A stretch of DNA of 64,000 nt from Candidatus Heimdallarchaeota archaeon (GCA_018238155.1 JABCTZ010000033.1:32001-96000), one strand, 5' to 3'; shown: positions 52,453 through 63,445, counted from the first letter of the stretch. Numbers and translations are program-made. The notes: generated from the sequence alone by a model not told the origin.

Positions 52453-52648
52453 ATTTCGAGTATCTATTATTTGACTTTTTCTTAAAAATCATTTTTTTTC
52501 CATAAATTTGGTTTGAAGATCTACAAAGTTAGTAGGAAATAAACGACCATATTTTCTTATTTATAAAAAGAAACTAGATATTGATGTGAAATTAATGATA
52601 GATGATGAAAACTTCAAAGATTAACCATATGAATGAAAAATCAAAATA

Positions 52649-52912
52649 ATGAGTTTTAAAACTGAGAAAGAAATTAGCGATGGTCTAGAACAAATAAAAT
52701 TTATTTGTAAAGATTATTGTGAAAAGTGCCCAAGCTATCATGGAATTGGGGAAACTGATCTTGCATTTTGTTCTATAGATAAGAGCTCATTGATCAAAGA
52801 AAAGAAATGATTTCTTTGTAAAGTGTGCCCTGTATACAAAATGATGAGTCTTCGATGGGAATATTTTTGCATAGAAGGAAATGCTATGGAATTATCAAAT
52901 GCTGAAAAATAA
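52649..52912 (+). pseudogene. DUF2769-like Cys-rich protein with internal TGA
   Basis: CEKCPSY...LAFCSIDKSSLIKEKK*FLCKVCPV...YFC. Confidence 0.75.
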
Positions 52913-53029
52913 GAGAAGTAATTTATTAACCATTTTATTTATTATTATTTCCCGATTTTGTTAAAATGAAAAAGTTTATTGCCATTTATTCATCTATTTA
53001 ATTGTGAAATTATAATACAAGTGGTTAAA

Positions 53030-53668
53030 ATGAATAAAAAGATCTTAGTTCCTATTATAATTTCAATTATTAGTATTCTTCTTGTCTTCAACACTACTTG
53101 TGTAAATGGAGTGAATTTATCCTTAGTTGATGAAACACAAGATATTATTCATATGATTGATGGCGTAACTTCAGCAACTAACCAAGCTGTTCTTCCAGAA
53201 ATTGACATAGTTTCTTTGGAAATGAATGAAAGTACTGTTGCAGTAACATTTCTTGATACGCCTGTTCTCTCAATCAATAATTTCTATGATTTTATTGTTT
53301 ACTGGAATGGAGATCAAAATGGTAATTTTACAGATGGTCATTGGAATCAAGGAAATATTATTTCACAAACATATCTTGTAAATAGTACTGGTGATATAAT
53401 CGTATCTACGAAAGCTAATGATTCTATAGCTATTATTGGATACACTTTATACTATCCAATTTTGAATGCTTCTCTAATTGTCACTGATTTGGATCCAATA
53501 AATATGATTATGGATGCCCGTCAACGTGATGGTACTGGTCCAGATTTCTATCAAGACACCTTAGAATACAATACTGGTGAATCCGTTCCTGGTTTTACAT
53601 TTGTTGCATCGATCATTGGAGTAGCAACTCTTGTTGTGACAGTTATATTCTCGAGGAAAAAGCACTAG
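53030..53668 (+). CDS. Secreted protein with PGF-CTERM-like sorting signal
   Basis: Signal peptide; C-terminal SVPGF, TM, RKKH. Confidence 0.8.
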   Translation: MNKKILVPIIISIISILLVFNTTCVNGVNLSLVDETQDIIHMIDGVTSATNQAVLPEIDIVSLEMNESTVAVTFLDTPVLSINNFYDFIVYWNGDQNGNFTDGHWNQGNIISQTYLVNSTGDIIVSTKANDSIAIIGYTLYYPILNASLIVTDLDPINMIMDARQRDGTGPDFYQDTLEYNTGESVPGFTFVASIIGVATLVVTVIFSRKKH

Positions 53669-53711
53669 TTGTTTATATTTTAAATAAAAATAAATTAAAT
53701 GAGGATTTGAA

Positions 53712-54791
53712 ATGAATAAAGTTATTATTACAGGAAAAATAGACGATGGGGAAGATTTCAGCCAAGAAGTAGATACTAATGCTGAAGAACTCAGTTTATC
53801 AGGATACCAACTTATATCGGTCGACCTATCTCCACTTCAACAATGTACTGAGTTAAAGAGATTTTACATTTATTCTAACAAACTTACCACACTTGATCTT
53901 GCACCACTTCAAAATTGCAGGCAGCTCCAAACACTCGCTCTTGATTTTAATCAACTTACTTCAGTTGATTTGGTTCCACTACAAAATTGTCAACAACTAA
54001 AAAGACTTACTCTTGAAGAAAATCAACTCTCTTCGATAGATTTGACTCCTTTACAGAATTGTAAAAAGATGATATTTCTATCTCTTAGTGTCAATCAACT
54101 GACAACAATCGACTTAGCTCCAATTCAAAAATCTAAACAGCTACAAAATCTGGAACTTAATTATAACCAGCTAACCTCAATTGACTTATCTCCCCTCCAA
54201 AACTGTTTAAAACTTGAAGCGCTCTTCCTTCGCAACAATCAATTTACTACAATTGATCTTACACCACTGCAAAACTGTTCAAACCTAGAATGGCTATACC
54301 TTAATAGCAATAAGCTATCATCACTAGACTTGGAACCTCTAAAAGGATTAACGAAACTAAAATTACTTTTATTGTCATTCAACCGTCTTACATCACTCAA
54401 TTTGGGTCCGTTAAAAAATCACAAGCATTTGAAATATCTTGGCTTAGGTAATAATCAGTTATCTTCACTGGACATAGCACCTCTTCAAAGCTGTCAAAAA
54501 CTGGAAAGGCTCGAACTAATTTATAACAAGCTTAAATCATTAGATTTATCCCCATTCCAGGATTGTTTAGAATTAGAAGCAGCAATTTTAAGTGAAAACA
54601 TGATAAACTCCATTGATTTGGCACCACTCCAAAGTTGTTCCAAATTAAAAGAATTATACCTTGATGATTCTACGACCATTCTTTGGAACAAAGCTATTTT
54701 AGAGGTGGATTCGTTATCTAAAGGTTTAGAATTTTATCAAGCAAAAATACTCCAAGCACATCAACAGTATTTAGAAAGTCATAAAGATTAA
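53712..54791 (+). CDS. Leucine-rich repeat protein (22-aa repeats)
   Basis: About 13 repeats of LxxLxLxxNQLTSIDLxPLQNCxx. Confidence 0.95.
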   Translation: MNKVIITGKIDDGEDFSQEVDTNAEELSLSGYQLISVDLSPLQQCTELKRFYIYSNKLTTLDLAPLQNCRQLQTLALDFNQLTSVDLVPLQNCQQLKRLTLEENQLSSIDLTPLQNCKKMIFLSLSVNQLTTIDLAPIQKSKQLQNLELNYNQLTSIDLSPLQNCLKLEALFLRNNQFTTIDLTPLQNCSNLEWLYLNSNKLSSLDLEPLKGLTKLKLLLLSFNRLTSLNLGPLKNHKHLKYLGLGNNQLSSLDIAPLQSCQKLERLELIYNKLKSLDLSPFQDCLELEAAILSENMINSIDLAPLQSCSKLKELYLDDSTTILWNKAILEVDSLSKGLEFYQAKILQAHQQYLESHKD

Positions 54792-55101
54792 GCAACACAA
54801 TTTGAGTAAGCATTATTTTTGGAATTGATTTGCTATACATAAATTTTGTTCCAAAAATACTGAACCAATTTCTTAAAAAGTGATTGTATAATTCAATAGG
54901 TACAATCAAATAGAAGAATACCTTGCTCAATAATGTAGTTGAACAAAATGAAAAACTTGAATTTTAATTGATTTTACTAACCTATTCTATATCATTGTTT
55001 GATAAAAAATAGAAAAAAAGATAGCAATGAGTAGAAGAAAGTTACAATTTAGGTTATTATTTATAAGTTAGTTTTTAGTTAATAAATTTGAGGCTATAGT
55101 T

Positions 55102-55479
55102 TTGCATAAAGAAGAAGTAGATTTACTATTAAAAAGAAGCAGAAATTTTTTGGAAGGTTCTGAACAAAGGTTCAAAAAAGAAGATTGGGATCTTACTTGT
55201 TTCTTAGCTGAACAATCTGTTCAATTATATTTGAAAGCAATCATATTACTAGAAACAGGTCAAACACCAAGAACTCATTCAATAAGACAGTTACTTGCTC
55301 TACTTGGGCAAATTATTGAGAAAGAAATACTCTTCGATAGAAAGAGTCTTTTTATGCTCGAAAGTGCTTATTTTAATGCAAGATATATCGCTGTGAGTTA
55401 TGATGAGGAACAAGCCAAAGATTCGTTAAAAATTGCCAAGGAAATAATTGCTTATGTCGAAAATATACGAAATCGGTAA
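55102..55479 (+). CDS. HEPN domain protein (paralog of 31029)
   Basis: Near-identical protein with the same TTG start. Confidence 0.92.
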   Translation: MHKEEVDLLLKRSRNFLEGSEQRFKKEDWDLTCFLAEQSVQLYLKAIILLETGQTPRTHSIRQLLALLGQIIEKEILFDRKSLFMLESAYFNARYIAVSYDEEQAKDSLKIAKEIIAYVENIRNR

Positions 55480-55798
55480 AGAACGATACAAGATTATAAA
55501 AAAATACAAACAATATCTTGAACCTATTAAACAAATATGTATCAAATTATTACCTGCAGTAAAAGTATTTCTTTTTGGCAGTGTCCTCAGAGGTGAGTTA
55601 GTTGCTGCTAGTGACATAGATATCTTGATATTAACTGAAAGAGAATTTAAAAACCAAAAGGAACGAGCTTTAATAATTATAGAAATTGAAGATAAGATAG
55701 GATTACCCTTTGTCCATCCATTTGAATTTCATTTAATGTCAACAGAAGAATATAATAGATTTATTAGCACCACAAAAACTCAATTAGAAGAGATTTAG
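55454..55798 (+). CDS. MNT (paralog of 31381)
   Basis: FLFGSVLRGELVAASDIDIL; same 26-nt overlap with HEPN. Confidence 0.92.
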   Translation: MSKIYEIGKERYKIIKKYKQYLEPIKQICIKLLPAVKVFLFGSVLRGELVAASDIDILILTEREFKNQKERALIIIEIEDKIGLPFVHPFEFHLMSTEEYNRFISTTKTQLEEI

Positions 55799-56006
55799 CT
55801 AAAAAAAGAAATTAACCCAAAGCTTTCGTAGTCATAGCCTTTTCAAAATAACCAGCATTCTTAGTAAAAGCCTTTACTTTGAGAAATCATAAAGTCTAAA
55901 TTTCAATAACCTTCAATGATAGAAGTGTTATTTGACTATTTCATCTTGATTCGTATTTAGAAAAGATGTTGAATGATTATTCTTGATAGTACTTTGTGAT
56001 AAAATT

Positions 56007-56213
56007 ATGCCAATTGTACATGTTCATCTCTGGAAAGGTTTTAGTGAAGAAAAAGTAAAACAGGTTATTGAAGGTATAACAGAAGTTTTTGTGGATATGG
56101 AAATACCTCAACAAACAGTGCATATTGTTGTTCATGAATCACCTAAATCTCATTGGGGTATAGATGAAAAACCGGCTACTGAATCACGAAAAAACACCAA
56201 ACCTCCACCTTAA
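56007..56213 (+). CDS. 4-oxalocrotonate tautomerase family protein
   Basis: MPIVHVHL (catalytic Pro1), ITEVF, SHWGI. Confidence 0.9.
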   Translation: MPIVHVHLWKGFSEEKVKQVIEGITEVFVDMEIPQQTVHIVVHESPKSHWGIDEKPATESRKNTKPPP

Positions 56214-56429
56214 ATACCATCAGTTCATATTTTTAGAAACTGAGCCTGAGAGATTTCACTTCGTTCATCTTCCTTTTCTTTATCATTAAAAGACATTAAA
56301 AAAATTCTCAGATGACATTTAACAGGAAATTATTCAGAGATTTATGGAGTAAGATACCACAAGTAATTTCTTTTAAACAAAAGGTTGCTCTTCTCTAAAT
56401 AATTTTAAAAATAATAATAAAAGAAAGAG

Positions 56430-56810
56430 AGAGCTAGCTCTTTCTTTTTCGTAATACCATTTGAAAGAAGATGTAAGACAACTATACAAATTTCGAAGCC
56501 ATAAGTAGGTGTAGCTACAAGAGTAAAGGGAACAGGTACTATTCAATTGTAAAGAATTGATCATTATTATTGTTTACAGTGATATTATGACTTAGAGAAT
56601 TATCTACTGCTTCAATATAATATTCAAAAAATCAGAAGGATTCAGTTTCAAAACTAGCAAAGCTTGGTAGATATTCGAAGTATATAAAATCATTGAACTG
56701 GTTTCCCAAGAACTACCATTGATTCGGTAGTAGAGTGTAACAGAAACATACTTACATTCATTTAAGCTCATATTTATATTAGGATTATTTGATTTTAAGC
56801 AATTCTTCAT
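56430..56810 (-). pseudogene. Remnant of an anchored surface protein
   Basis: VSVTLYYRINGSSWETSSM...YQA piece plus downstream TPTYGFEI...VLRKRKS* in other frames. Confidence 0.45.
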
Positions 56811-57013
56811 TTATTTTAATAATTAATAATTAGTCTATCCCCTTACAACATCTTTTCTGTTTTTGAAAACAAACATTGCTTTCACAGCTAGCTAGTATCC
56901 ACAGGAGTGGATAAATCAAGTTAGAGAAGTTTATTTTAACTGTTTTACAGTTTTTAAGGAGTCTTTTTTTCTTGTCTCTTATGTGTTTGGATAAATAAAT
57001 AGAATTAAGGATT

Positions 57014-57400
57014 TTATTTTGAAACGTCGTTCCTTTTTTTCCAAATCTCTTGACCTTCATCTAGAATTGTTAAGATAAAGGGATCTTTCTCCACTTTTCT
57101 CTTTTTCAATTCTTCCTTAGTTAGAATTAGTGGTGACCATTCAAATTCCAACGACAAATCATACAACAAACTATAAATCTTTTCGAAATCATTTTTTGTC
57201 CGTTCAGTAACAACAATAAGTATATCCACATCACTACCAAAATGAGGTTTTTTTCTTGCATAGGAACCAAAAAGGAAAATGTTAGTTATAGTACCAACTG
57301 CTCCAGCTAGTTTTTCCCTTTGCTTATTCAATAGCTTCATCAGCTTTGTTTCTGATGGCGGGTATCTGATCTTTACAGAATTCGAGAATCTTTTTTCCAT
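57014..57400 (-). CDS. MNT nucleotidyltransferase
   Basis: FLFGSYARKKPHFGSDVDILIV; starts inside the HEPN gene. Confidence 0.9.
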   Translation of the reverse strand: MEKRFSNSVKIRYPPSETKLMKLLNKQREKLAGAVGTITNIFLFGSYARKKPHFGSDVDILIVVTERTKNDFEKIYSLLYDLSLEFEWSPLILTKEELKKRKVEKDPFILTILDEGQEIWKKRNDVSK

Positions 57401-57743
57401 CTTCAATAGCCTTCTCAGCATCTTCTTTCAAGTAGAAATCTTCAGGTGTTCCAGCAGCAAAACCATTTGGATAACGGGAAGTAATATAATGCTTATCCAA
57501 ATTCTTTGCTGAAACAATTAATGCTTCAGGAACAGCCTTTTTCAGAGGTAATTTTTCTAATAATTTTAAAATAGAATGTCCCCATGGATCAGCTCCAAAT
57601 TCATAAAAAACGGCTTTTACTGCTTTTTCTGCCGATTGTTGAGCTGCTAAGACTACCCATTCGAAATGTTCCAGCTTCAAACTTCCTTCAGCATGAGCTA
57701 AATCTCTCATAGCTTGTCTTAACCAATCATCTGCTCTGGACAT
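57324..57743 (-). CDS. HEPN domain protein
   Basis: AQQSAEKAVKA, WGHSI, HYITSRYPN. Confidence 0.93.
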   Translation of the reverse strand: MSRADDWLRQAMRDLAHAEGSLKLEHFEWVVLAAQQSAEKAVKAVFYEFGADPWGHSILKLLEKLPLKKAVPEALIVSAKNLDKHYITSRYPNGFAAGTPEDFYLKEDAEKAIEDGKKILEFCKDQIPAIRNKADEAIE

Positions 57744-57889
57744 ATCATTACTCTCTAATTATAATATCTTCATTGAGAAAATATAGACTTTTTGTAGACT
57801 TTAGCTTATAGTATTTAATAAGCTCTTTATTTTAGCTCATATTAACATTTGATTTATTTCTATTTAAGCAATAACAAAAATGGTGTTTC

Positions 57890-58184
57890 TTATTTCTTTT
57901 AAATCAATTCCTTTTGTATTAAAAACAAATAATTCTTTCTTCTGAACTTGTGGAAGTGTTTCTATAAGCTCTCTTACTAGACTTGGAGCAAGACCTGCAT
58001 ATACAGGATACACAAGGCAAATTATATCAAAATCAGTAATTATTTCTGGATCAACCCATTCTAAAGCAGCAAGAGTTATTTCTAAACTTGATATTTGACT
58101 TTATTTCAATAGATGATCTTTGAGATACTCGGAAATAAATTGGGTATTTCCAGTTCCACTGAAAAAAATGAAAAGCAACCTCAT
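57890..58184 (-). pseudogene. Flavodoxin-like (EFR1-type N-terminal domain) remnant
   Basis: MRLLFIFFSGTGNT, frameshift, DIICLVYPVYAGLAP...FVFNTKG. Confidence 0.8.
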
Positions 58185-58330
58185 AATTATAGATTATTAT
58201 CTTTAATATTATGGATTCATTTTACTATCTAAATCATTTAATTATTCAAAATGCACCCTATAAAAGTAAGCAAAGTAATTCTCAAATCTATTACGGGCGT
58301 TCAGTAACGTCAAAAATAATTGACATTTAA

Positions 58331-58493
58331 GTTGATAATAATTATCTCATTAATAACGAAGATAGTAATGGCATTCAAATCTATGAACTAAATACAAGTT
58401 TTACTGTAGAAGTTCAAATTAAATTTAAGCTCTTAGCTATTTCATTTGTATTCTTATTTACTTTTTTTATCATTAAACGCAAAAAAAGATAAT
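58331..58493 (+). pseudogene. C-terminal remnant of an LVIVD surface protein
   Basis: VDNNYLINNEDSNGIQIYEL...LLAISFVFLFTFFIIKRKKR*. Confidence 0.55.
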
Positions 58494-58551
58494 AATTTCA
58501 ATATTTTTTTAATAAAAGAATTAGAAGAGAGGAATTATTTTCTTTTTCTCT

Positions 58552-58911
58552 CTATTCTTTCCTTGCCAATTCCACTCGTTCTCTAGCCACTAATGTTTTC
58601 AAATAATCCATCGCACTTTGTAATCTTTGATCAAAAGGAAGCGTTTCATCAATAATTCTTTTTTGCATCATTGTTTGATATTTTCCTTCGGTTTTCTCTA
58701 TAAGAGTATTGTTTTCTGATTGAACCAATCGTATTTTTGGCTGACTCTGTATGTAAACAATTAATTCTAACCAATTTCCCGCTACAGAAGGATTAAGTCC
58801 AATTTCCTTCAATCGACTTTTTGGAAACGGCTTATATTGTTGATCAATAAATTTGAAAATAGCTTCCACTCTTTCTCTTAGTGTTCTTCTTTGTGCAGAT
58901 TCTTTTGACAT
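58552..58911 (-). CDS. Small wHTH-like protein, divergent from eutA
   Basis: Helix-helix-GLNPSVAGNWL-beta-hairpin pattern. Confidence 0.6.
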   Translation of the reverse strand: MSKESAQRRTLRERVEAIFKFIDQQYKPFPKSRLKEIGLNPSVAGNWLELIVYIQSQPKIRLVQSENNTLIEKTEGKYQTMMQKRIIDETLPFDQRLQSAMDYLKTLVARERVELARKE

Positions 58912-58933
58912 GATAACAAAAGTATATTGCGCT

Positions 58934-58981
58934 TGTATTTAAACGTTGATACATTATTGTATCTTAGGACACATAAATACA
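58934..58981. promoter_or_regulatory. Divergent promoter with nested inverted repeats
   Basis: gataca-ttat-tgtatc at 58948-58963 flanked by tgtattta (58934) and taaataca (58974). Confidence 0.55.
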
Positions 58982-59012
58982 GATTTAAATATGATAGAAC
59001 GATTAAGCAAGT

Positions 59013-61094
59013 ATGGACGATTTCGGTGATACAAATTTAGTGAAATTGAATACAGAGGAAATCAAATCCAATATGATATTTATAGTTGCAAGAGTGCTTG
59101 ATACAACCCATCCTGACGAAGCAACGAAAATGGCAAATGCTTTTTTAAAAGAATACAATAAGCGATTAGAAGAACATGTTAGCGAAGATAAAAACGATTT
59201 TGACAAACTTGTACGTATAATCAATGTGTTTAAGCCAACTCTAGAAACTATTTTAGAATCAGGAGCAGATTTCTATACAATTTGTGATATAGCGAGCATT
59301 TCTTTTGATGTCTTCCTCTCAAGTGCAAAAAGGCAAATGGCAGGAATTAGCCTAAAAAAGGTAAGTGATGGTCCTGTTTTACCTGGAAGTAGTTCTGAAT
59401 CGGATATAAAATATTACTGCACAGTTTGTAAGGAATTTAGTGATATTCCAGATGTTGAAAAAACGAAAATTCTCAATAATGAAGATGAGGATCTAGCTTT
59501 ACCCAAACATTGTGACAGTGAAATGGTCATTCAAATAATCAACATCAAAAAAGTACATCAATTTGATAAGGAAACCCAAACTAGATTAAAACCACATGAA
59601 CGTGCTAGCTATTTAATGGGTGCTAGCGGATCAGGTGGTAGTAATGATTCTGAATACTTGAAAGTGACCAGTGTAGGTATTGATATTGGCTCCTCTACGT
59701 CTCATCTTGTTTTCTCAAAGCTGACACTTCGAAGGGAACATGGTTTCATTAACATGACAAACAGATTCAATCTTGTAAAGCGAGAAATAATCTATGAAAG
59801 CGAAATTATCTTAACACCTTTACTAGATCGATTTACGATTGATATAGATGCTGTTGTTAATTTTTGTAAAAAAGCATATGAGAAAGCAGGATTGAAACCT
59901 GATGATATTGACACCGGTGCGGTGATTGTAACAGGAGAAACGGCAAAAAAACAAAACGCCGATGAAATCGTTGAACGTTTATCCTCTGAATCCGGAAAAT
60001 TTGTTAGTGCTACAGCAGGACCCAATTTCGAATCCGTTCTTGGTGCAATGGGTAGTGGAATAGTTGATCAAACTGTTTTACAAGAAAAAACCATTATGAA
60101 CGTAGATATTGGCGGTGGAACAAGCAATATTGCCATTGCTACTAAAGGAGATATCCATAGTACTTCGTGTATTAATGTTGGAGGACGATTATTAGGAATT
60201 AAACCTGATAATGAAATTTGGCGTATAGATGAACCAACAGAATTTCTTATGAAAGAATTAGGAATGAAGTATACATTAGGCGATATTATTAGTGATATTG
60301 ATGTTAAAAAAATTGTAAATGAATATGCGAAAGCATTAGTAGAAGTTATGATAGGATCAGCAAAAAGTGCTATTGCTAAAGGAATTATGATGACTGATGA
60401 TTTGGATTTCTCAATGCCTATTGATAATTATTCATTCAGTGGTGGAGTTGCCGAGGTAATATACAATGAAAATGATATTGTAGAATACAATGACATTGGA
60501 GTCCTTCTCGCTAAAGAAATTAAACGATTGATGAAAAAAGAGGGATTAACACTAATTGAACCTGAGAATAAAATAAGAGCAACAGTCATTGGAGCAGGGG
60601 CATTCTCCCTTTCGGTTTCCGGCTCTACTTGTTACTATGAAGAAAGTGTTATTTTACCAATTTTAAATGTTCCAGTCGTACCTGTGAACATTGAGCAATC
60701 TGAATTACACTTAATTGATAAAAAATTGAAAGAAGTCATAAATCTTGCATTAAATAACCTCGATTTAGTTGAGGGTGAAGATCGGTTTGTATTGTATTTC
60801 AAAACACCATTTATGAGAGCCCAAATAATGGAGAAATTTGCCAGTGCAATAGAAGATGCTTTACCAAATTCCGTAGCTAAGAAGAAGTTGATTCTCATCA
60901 TCCTTGCTTTTGATGGTGCAAAAGTCTTAGGAATAACAATCAGAGAAAATACAACAATTAAGAGTAATCTCTTTTGTCTTGATGAATTGGATCTTGAAGC
61001 GGGTGACTGGATAGATATTGGTGAATCCCTAAAAACTGGTGATGTGTTTCCAGTAACAGTCAAGAGTCTAGTATTTAGCAAAAACAAAAAATAA
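59013..61094 (+). CDS. eutA: EutA-like ethanolamine ammonia-lyase reactivase with about 210-aa N-terminal extension
   Basis: SVGIDIGSSTSHLVFS, GAVIVTGETAKK.NA, ATAGPNFES, DIGGGTSN, FSGGVA, IRATVIGAG. Confidence 0.9.
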   Translation: MDDFGDTNLVKLNTEEIKSNMIFIVARVLDTTHPDEATKMANAFLKEYNKRLEEHVSEDKNDFDKLVRIINVFKPTLETILESGADFYTICDIASISFDVFLSSAKRQMAGISLKKVSDGPVLPGSSSESDIKYYCTVCKEFSDIPDVEKTKILNNEDEDLALPKHCDSEMVIQIINIKKVHQFDKETQTRLKPHERASYLMGASGSGGSNDSEYLKVTSVGIDIGSSTSHLVFSKLTLRREHGFINMTNRFNLVKREIIYESEIILTPLLDRFTIDIDAVVNFCKKAYEKAGLKPDDIDTGAVIVTGETAKKQNADEIVERLSSESGKFVSATAGPNFESVLGAMGSGIVDQTVLQEKTIMNVDIGGGTSNIAIATKGDIHSTSCINVGGRLLGIKPDNEIWRIDEPTEFLMKELGMKYTLGDIISDIDVKKIVNEYAKALVEVMIGSAKSAIAKGIMMTDDLDFSMPIDNYSFSGGVAEVIYNENDIVEYNDIGVLLAKEIKRLMKKEGLTLIEPENKIRATVIGAGAFSLSVSGSTCYYEESVILPILNVPVVPVNIEQSELHLIDKKLKEVINLALNNLDLVEGEDRFVLYFKTPFMRAQIMEKFASAIEDALPNSVAKKKLILIILAFDGAKVLGITIRENTTIKSNLFCLDELDLEAGDWIDIGESLKTGDVFPVTVKSLVFSKNKK

Positions 61095-61364
61095 TATTTC
61101 AACAACATTTGATAAATAAAAGAAAAGTGTCACAATTTAAATAATAAGCATACAAGATTCTTTCTGTTTTTAACAACAGCTCTTATAACCATTCCCATAC
61201 AAGATTTGGAGATAGTATTCTTATCAAAAAGAGCTTAAAATGTTATGAATCTATAAAGCACTTAATTTTGATAAGTTTAAATATAACTATTTACAATACT
61301 ATAAGTGGGAAATTAGTTTTAATAAAAATAGAAAAAGAATTAACTAGGAGAAATTGTTGAATAT

Positions 61365-63158
61365 ATGTCTTATACAGCTGTTTTATTTCTTGCAATCATT
61401 CCGTTTGTAATACTCTTTTGGAGTATTATCAGATTATTTATGCTGGATTGGGCTGGTATAGCTATTACTATTATAATTGGACTTGTATGTATAATGTTCT
61501 TAACGTGGGGTATTGTGTTCTGGAATCGTGTTACATACTTCGAAGTTTATCAATGGTTAATTGTAGCCGGACCTTTTGCACTCGCAATAAATTTTGGTGT
61601 TGAATTTTTATACCAAGTAAAAGAAAAGGATATTCCACCAGTAAAGTGGATATTAGGAATTTCAGTTATTGGTATTGTTTTATTTCAAGTAGCTGTGCTT
61701 CCATTCATAGCAACCATTCCGGTAACAATGGGTGAAGCACGATGGGTAGCAGAGGAAACAGAAACTCATTTTGATGTATTTCCATTTGTCAATGATCCTA
61801 TTGATTCTTCAATTAGAATGGTAACAAAGGAATATGCTCTGAAGAGAGCTTATCTTTTTGATGGACCCTTTGGTTCAAATGTCCAACAAGAAAGTGCTAA
61901 CATTATCAGAGTGAATGGTACTCTGTATTGGTCTGTTACGTATAAGAGAGATAGATTACTTGGTTCTAATGGATTATTCCAAGAGAACCGTATTGTTGGA
62001 GCGATTTTAATCGATGTAAATGACCCTAATGCTCAAGCAATTATTATTGAAACAGAAAATCTGAACTATGCAAACAATTTGTGGTACAATCACAAAATTG
62101 ATACCGTAATGTACAGACGAGATCAGTCTTACAAGTACCAACGAAGTTATCTTACAATAAATGATTTTGGTCTTTGGGTTATCGTTGTAACAAAATGGAC
62201 TCAATCAGGACCATTCAAACCAAGTATTTTTGGACCTGTTGTTATATTAGATGCTAGTAACGGTAAACTAATTAGAAGCTATGACGTGGATGATTTTGCT
62301 TCAACACCTTTATGGGTTACTCAAGTTTATCCTGAAGATTGGTTAGAAAAAGTAATTAATAATTGGGGCAGAAAAAGAGATTTACGTAATCCTACCGGTG
62401 TTGATTTTTGGGCTTCTTCAGTTATTCACGGAAGGTCTAATCACAGAATTAAAATGAGCGAAGATACTCGTTATATTATTAATCCAGATACAGGTGATTC
62501 TGTTGCTTATGTTGCTATGAACCTTAAAGGATTTTCAGGTTCTCTAAGTGGTATTTTCGTTGCCTCAAAAGGCAAATTTGATTATTATGACTTAGTAGAT
62601 CAAGGATTTGTTTCAACAACTATTGCTTTACAAGCTTTAATGGGTAAATCTGATATTGTTGCGCGACCACATGGAAATTACAAATCAGCAATGCCAATTG
62701 CCTATGCATTGAACACAAGTACAGGATTACGATTAGTTTGGTATGTACCAATTTACTATAGCTATTCTGACACTTTAGAAGTTGCATATTTTGGTATTAT
62801 TGATGCAAAAGATACAAGCAAATATGCTATTGTAAGTGCTGAAGGTAAAGATGGCGAACAAATGGTGTATGAAGCTAGAATAAAATATAAAACACTATTT
62901 GAGACACAATCAACAGAAACATATGAATATGCTCAAGTAACAAATATCAATTCTTATGTTATCGATGGAGAAACTATTTTCGTTTTGCAATTAAATGATT
63001 CAAGGATCATCAGGGCTTCAAAAGCTTTTCTAAACGAAACAGAATGGAATGAAATTGTTTTAACTTCAATCGGAGATACGATTAAATTCCAACAAATGAT
63101 TGATGATGATGATATTATTTGGTTTATCACATTTGACAATCTTGATATTACAACATAA
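61365..63158 (+). CDS. 4-TM membrane protein with large extracytoplasmic domain
   Basis: Four N-terminal TMs; conserved-looking NGTLYW, PLWVTQVYP, INNWG motifs; OB-like tail. Confidence 0.8.
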   Translation: MSYTAVLFLAIIPFVILFWSIIRLFMLDWAGIAITIIIGLVCIMFLTWGIVFWNRVTYFEVYQWLIVAGPFALAINFGVEFLYQVKEKDIPPVKWILGISVIGIVLFQVAVLPFIATIPVTMGEARWVAEETETHFDVFPFVNDPIDSSIRMVTKEYALKRAYLFDGPFGSNVQQESANIIRVNGTLYWSVTYKRDRLLGSNGLFQENRIVGAILIDVNDPNAQAIIIETENLNYANNLWYNHKIDTVMYRRDQSYKYQRSYLTINDFGLWVIVVTKWTQSGPFKPSIFGPVVILDASNGKLIRSYDVDDFASTPLWVTQVYPEDWLEKVINNWGRKRDLRNPTGVDFWASSVIHGRSNHRIKMSEDTRYIINPDTGDSVAYVAMNLKGFSGSLSGIFVASKGKFDYYDLVDQGFVSTTIALQALMGKSDIVARPHGNYKSAMPIAYALNTSTGLRLVWYVPIYYSYSDTLEVAYFGIIDAKDTSKYAIVSAEGKDGEQMVYEARIKYKTLFETQSTETYEYAQVTNINSYVIDGETIFVLQLNDSRIIRASKAFLNETEWNEIVLTSIGDTIKFQQMIDDDDIIWFITFDNLDITT

Positions 63159-63445
63159 TTATGCGATTATTATTGCATAATTCTTTTTTTTATTGGCTTT
63201 TTATGCACAAGAATTTAATAGTTAAAATCGGTCGAATTTTATCAATAAGAATTTCAAATATTTCTGATGGAAGTTGATCAGTGAGTAATTTTCTATCTAT
63301 CAGAAGTTTTTCACGAGCTAAAATCGCATCCACCTTCACACATATTACAAAGTCTGCAGCATTTTTTGCTGTTTTTCTTCTTCAAAGATTAATTGTTTTA
63401 ATTCCACTGCATCGTTTTCAGCTTCTTCCAAAGTTCCATCTTTGG

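Noticed and set aside
52808-52810. In-frame TGA in a Cys-rich ORF as possible selenocysteine
   Set aside because: It aligns to the Gly of the expected GCxC motif (GGA to TGA) and the next Cys is also mutated to Phe; pseudogenisation is simpler.
53780-54670. 66-nt periodicity as a DNA tandem repeat or DGR target
   Set aside because: Explained by 22-aa LRR coding with synonymous divergence; no reverse transcriptase or adenine-specific TR/VR pair.
49934-56213. Run of same-strand small genes as an integron cassette array
   Set aside because: No recurring attC-like RYYYAAC...GTTRRRY hairpins seen and no integrase in the window; a covariance-model search would be needed to exclude it fully.
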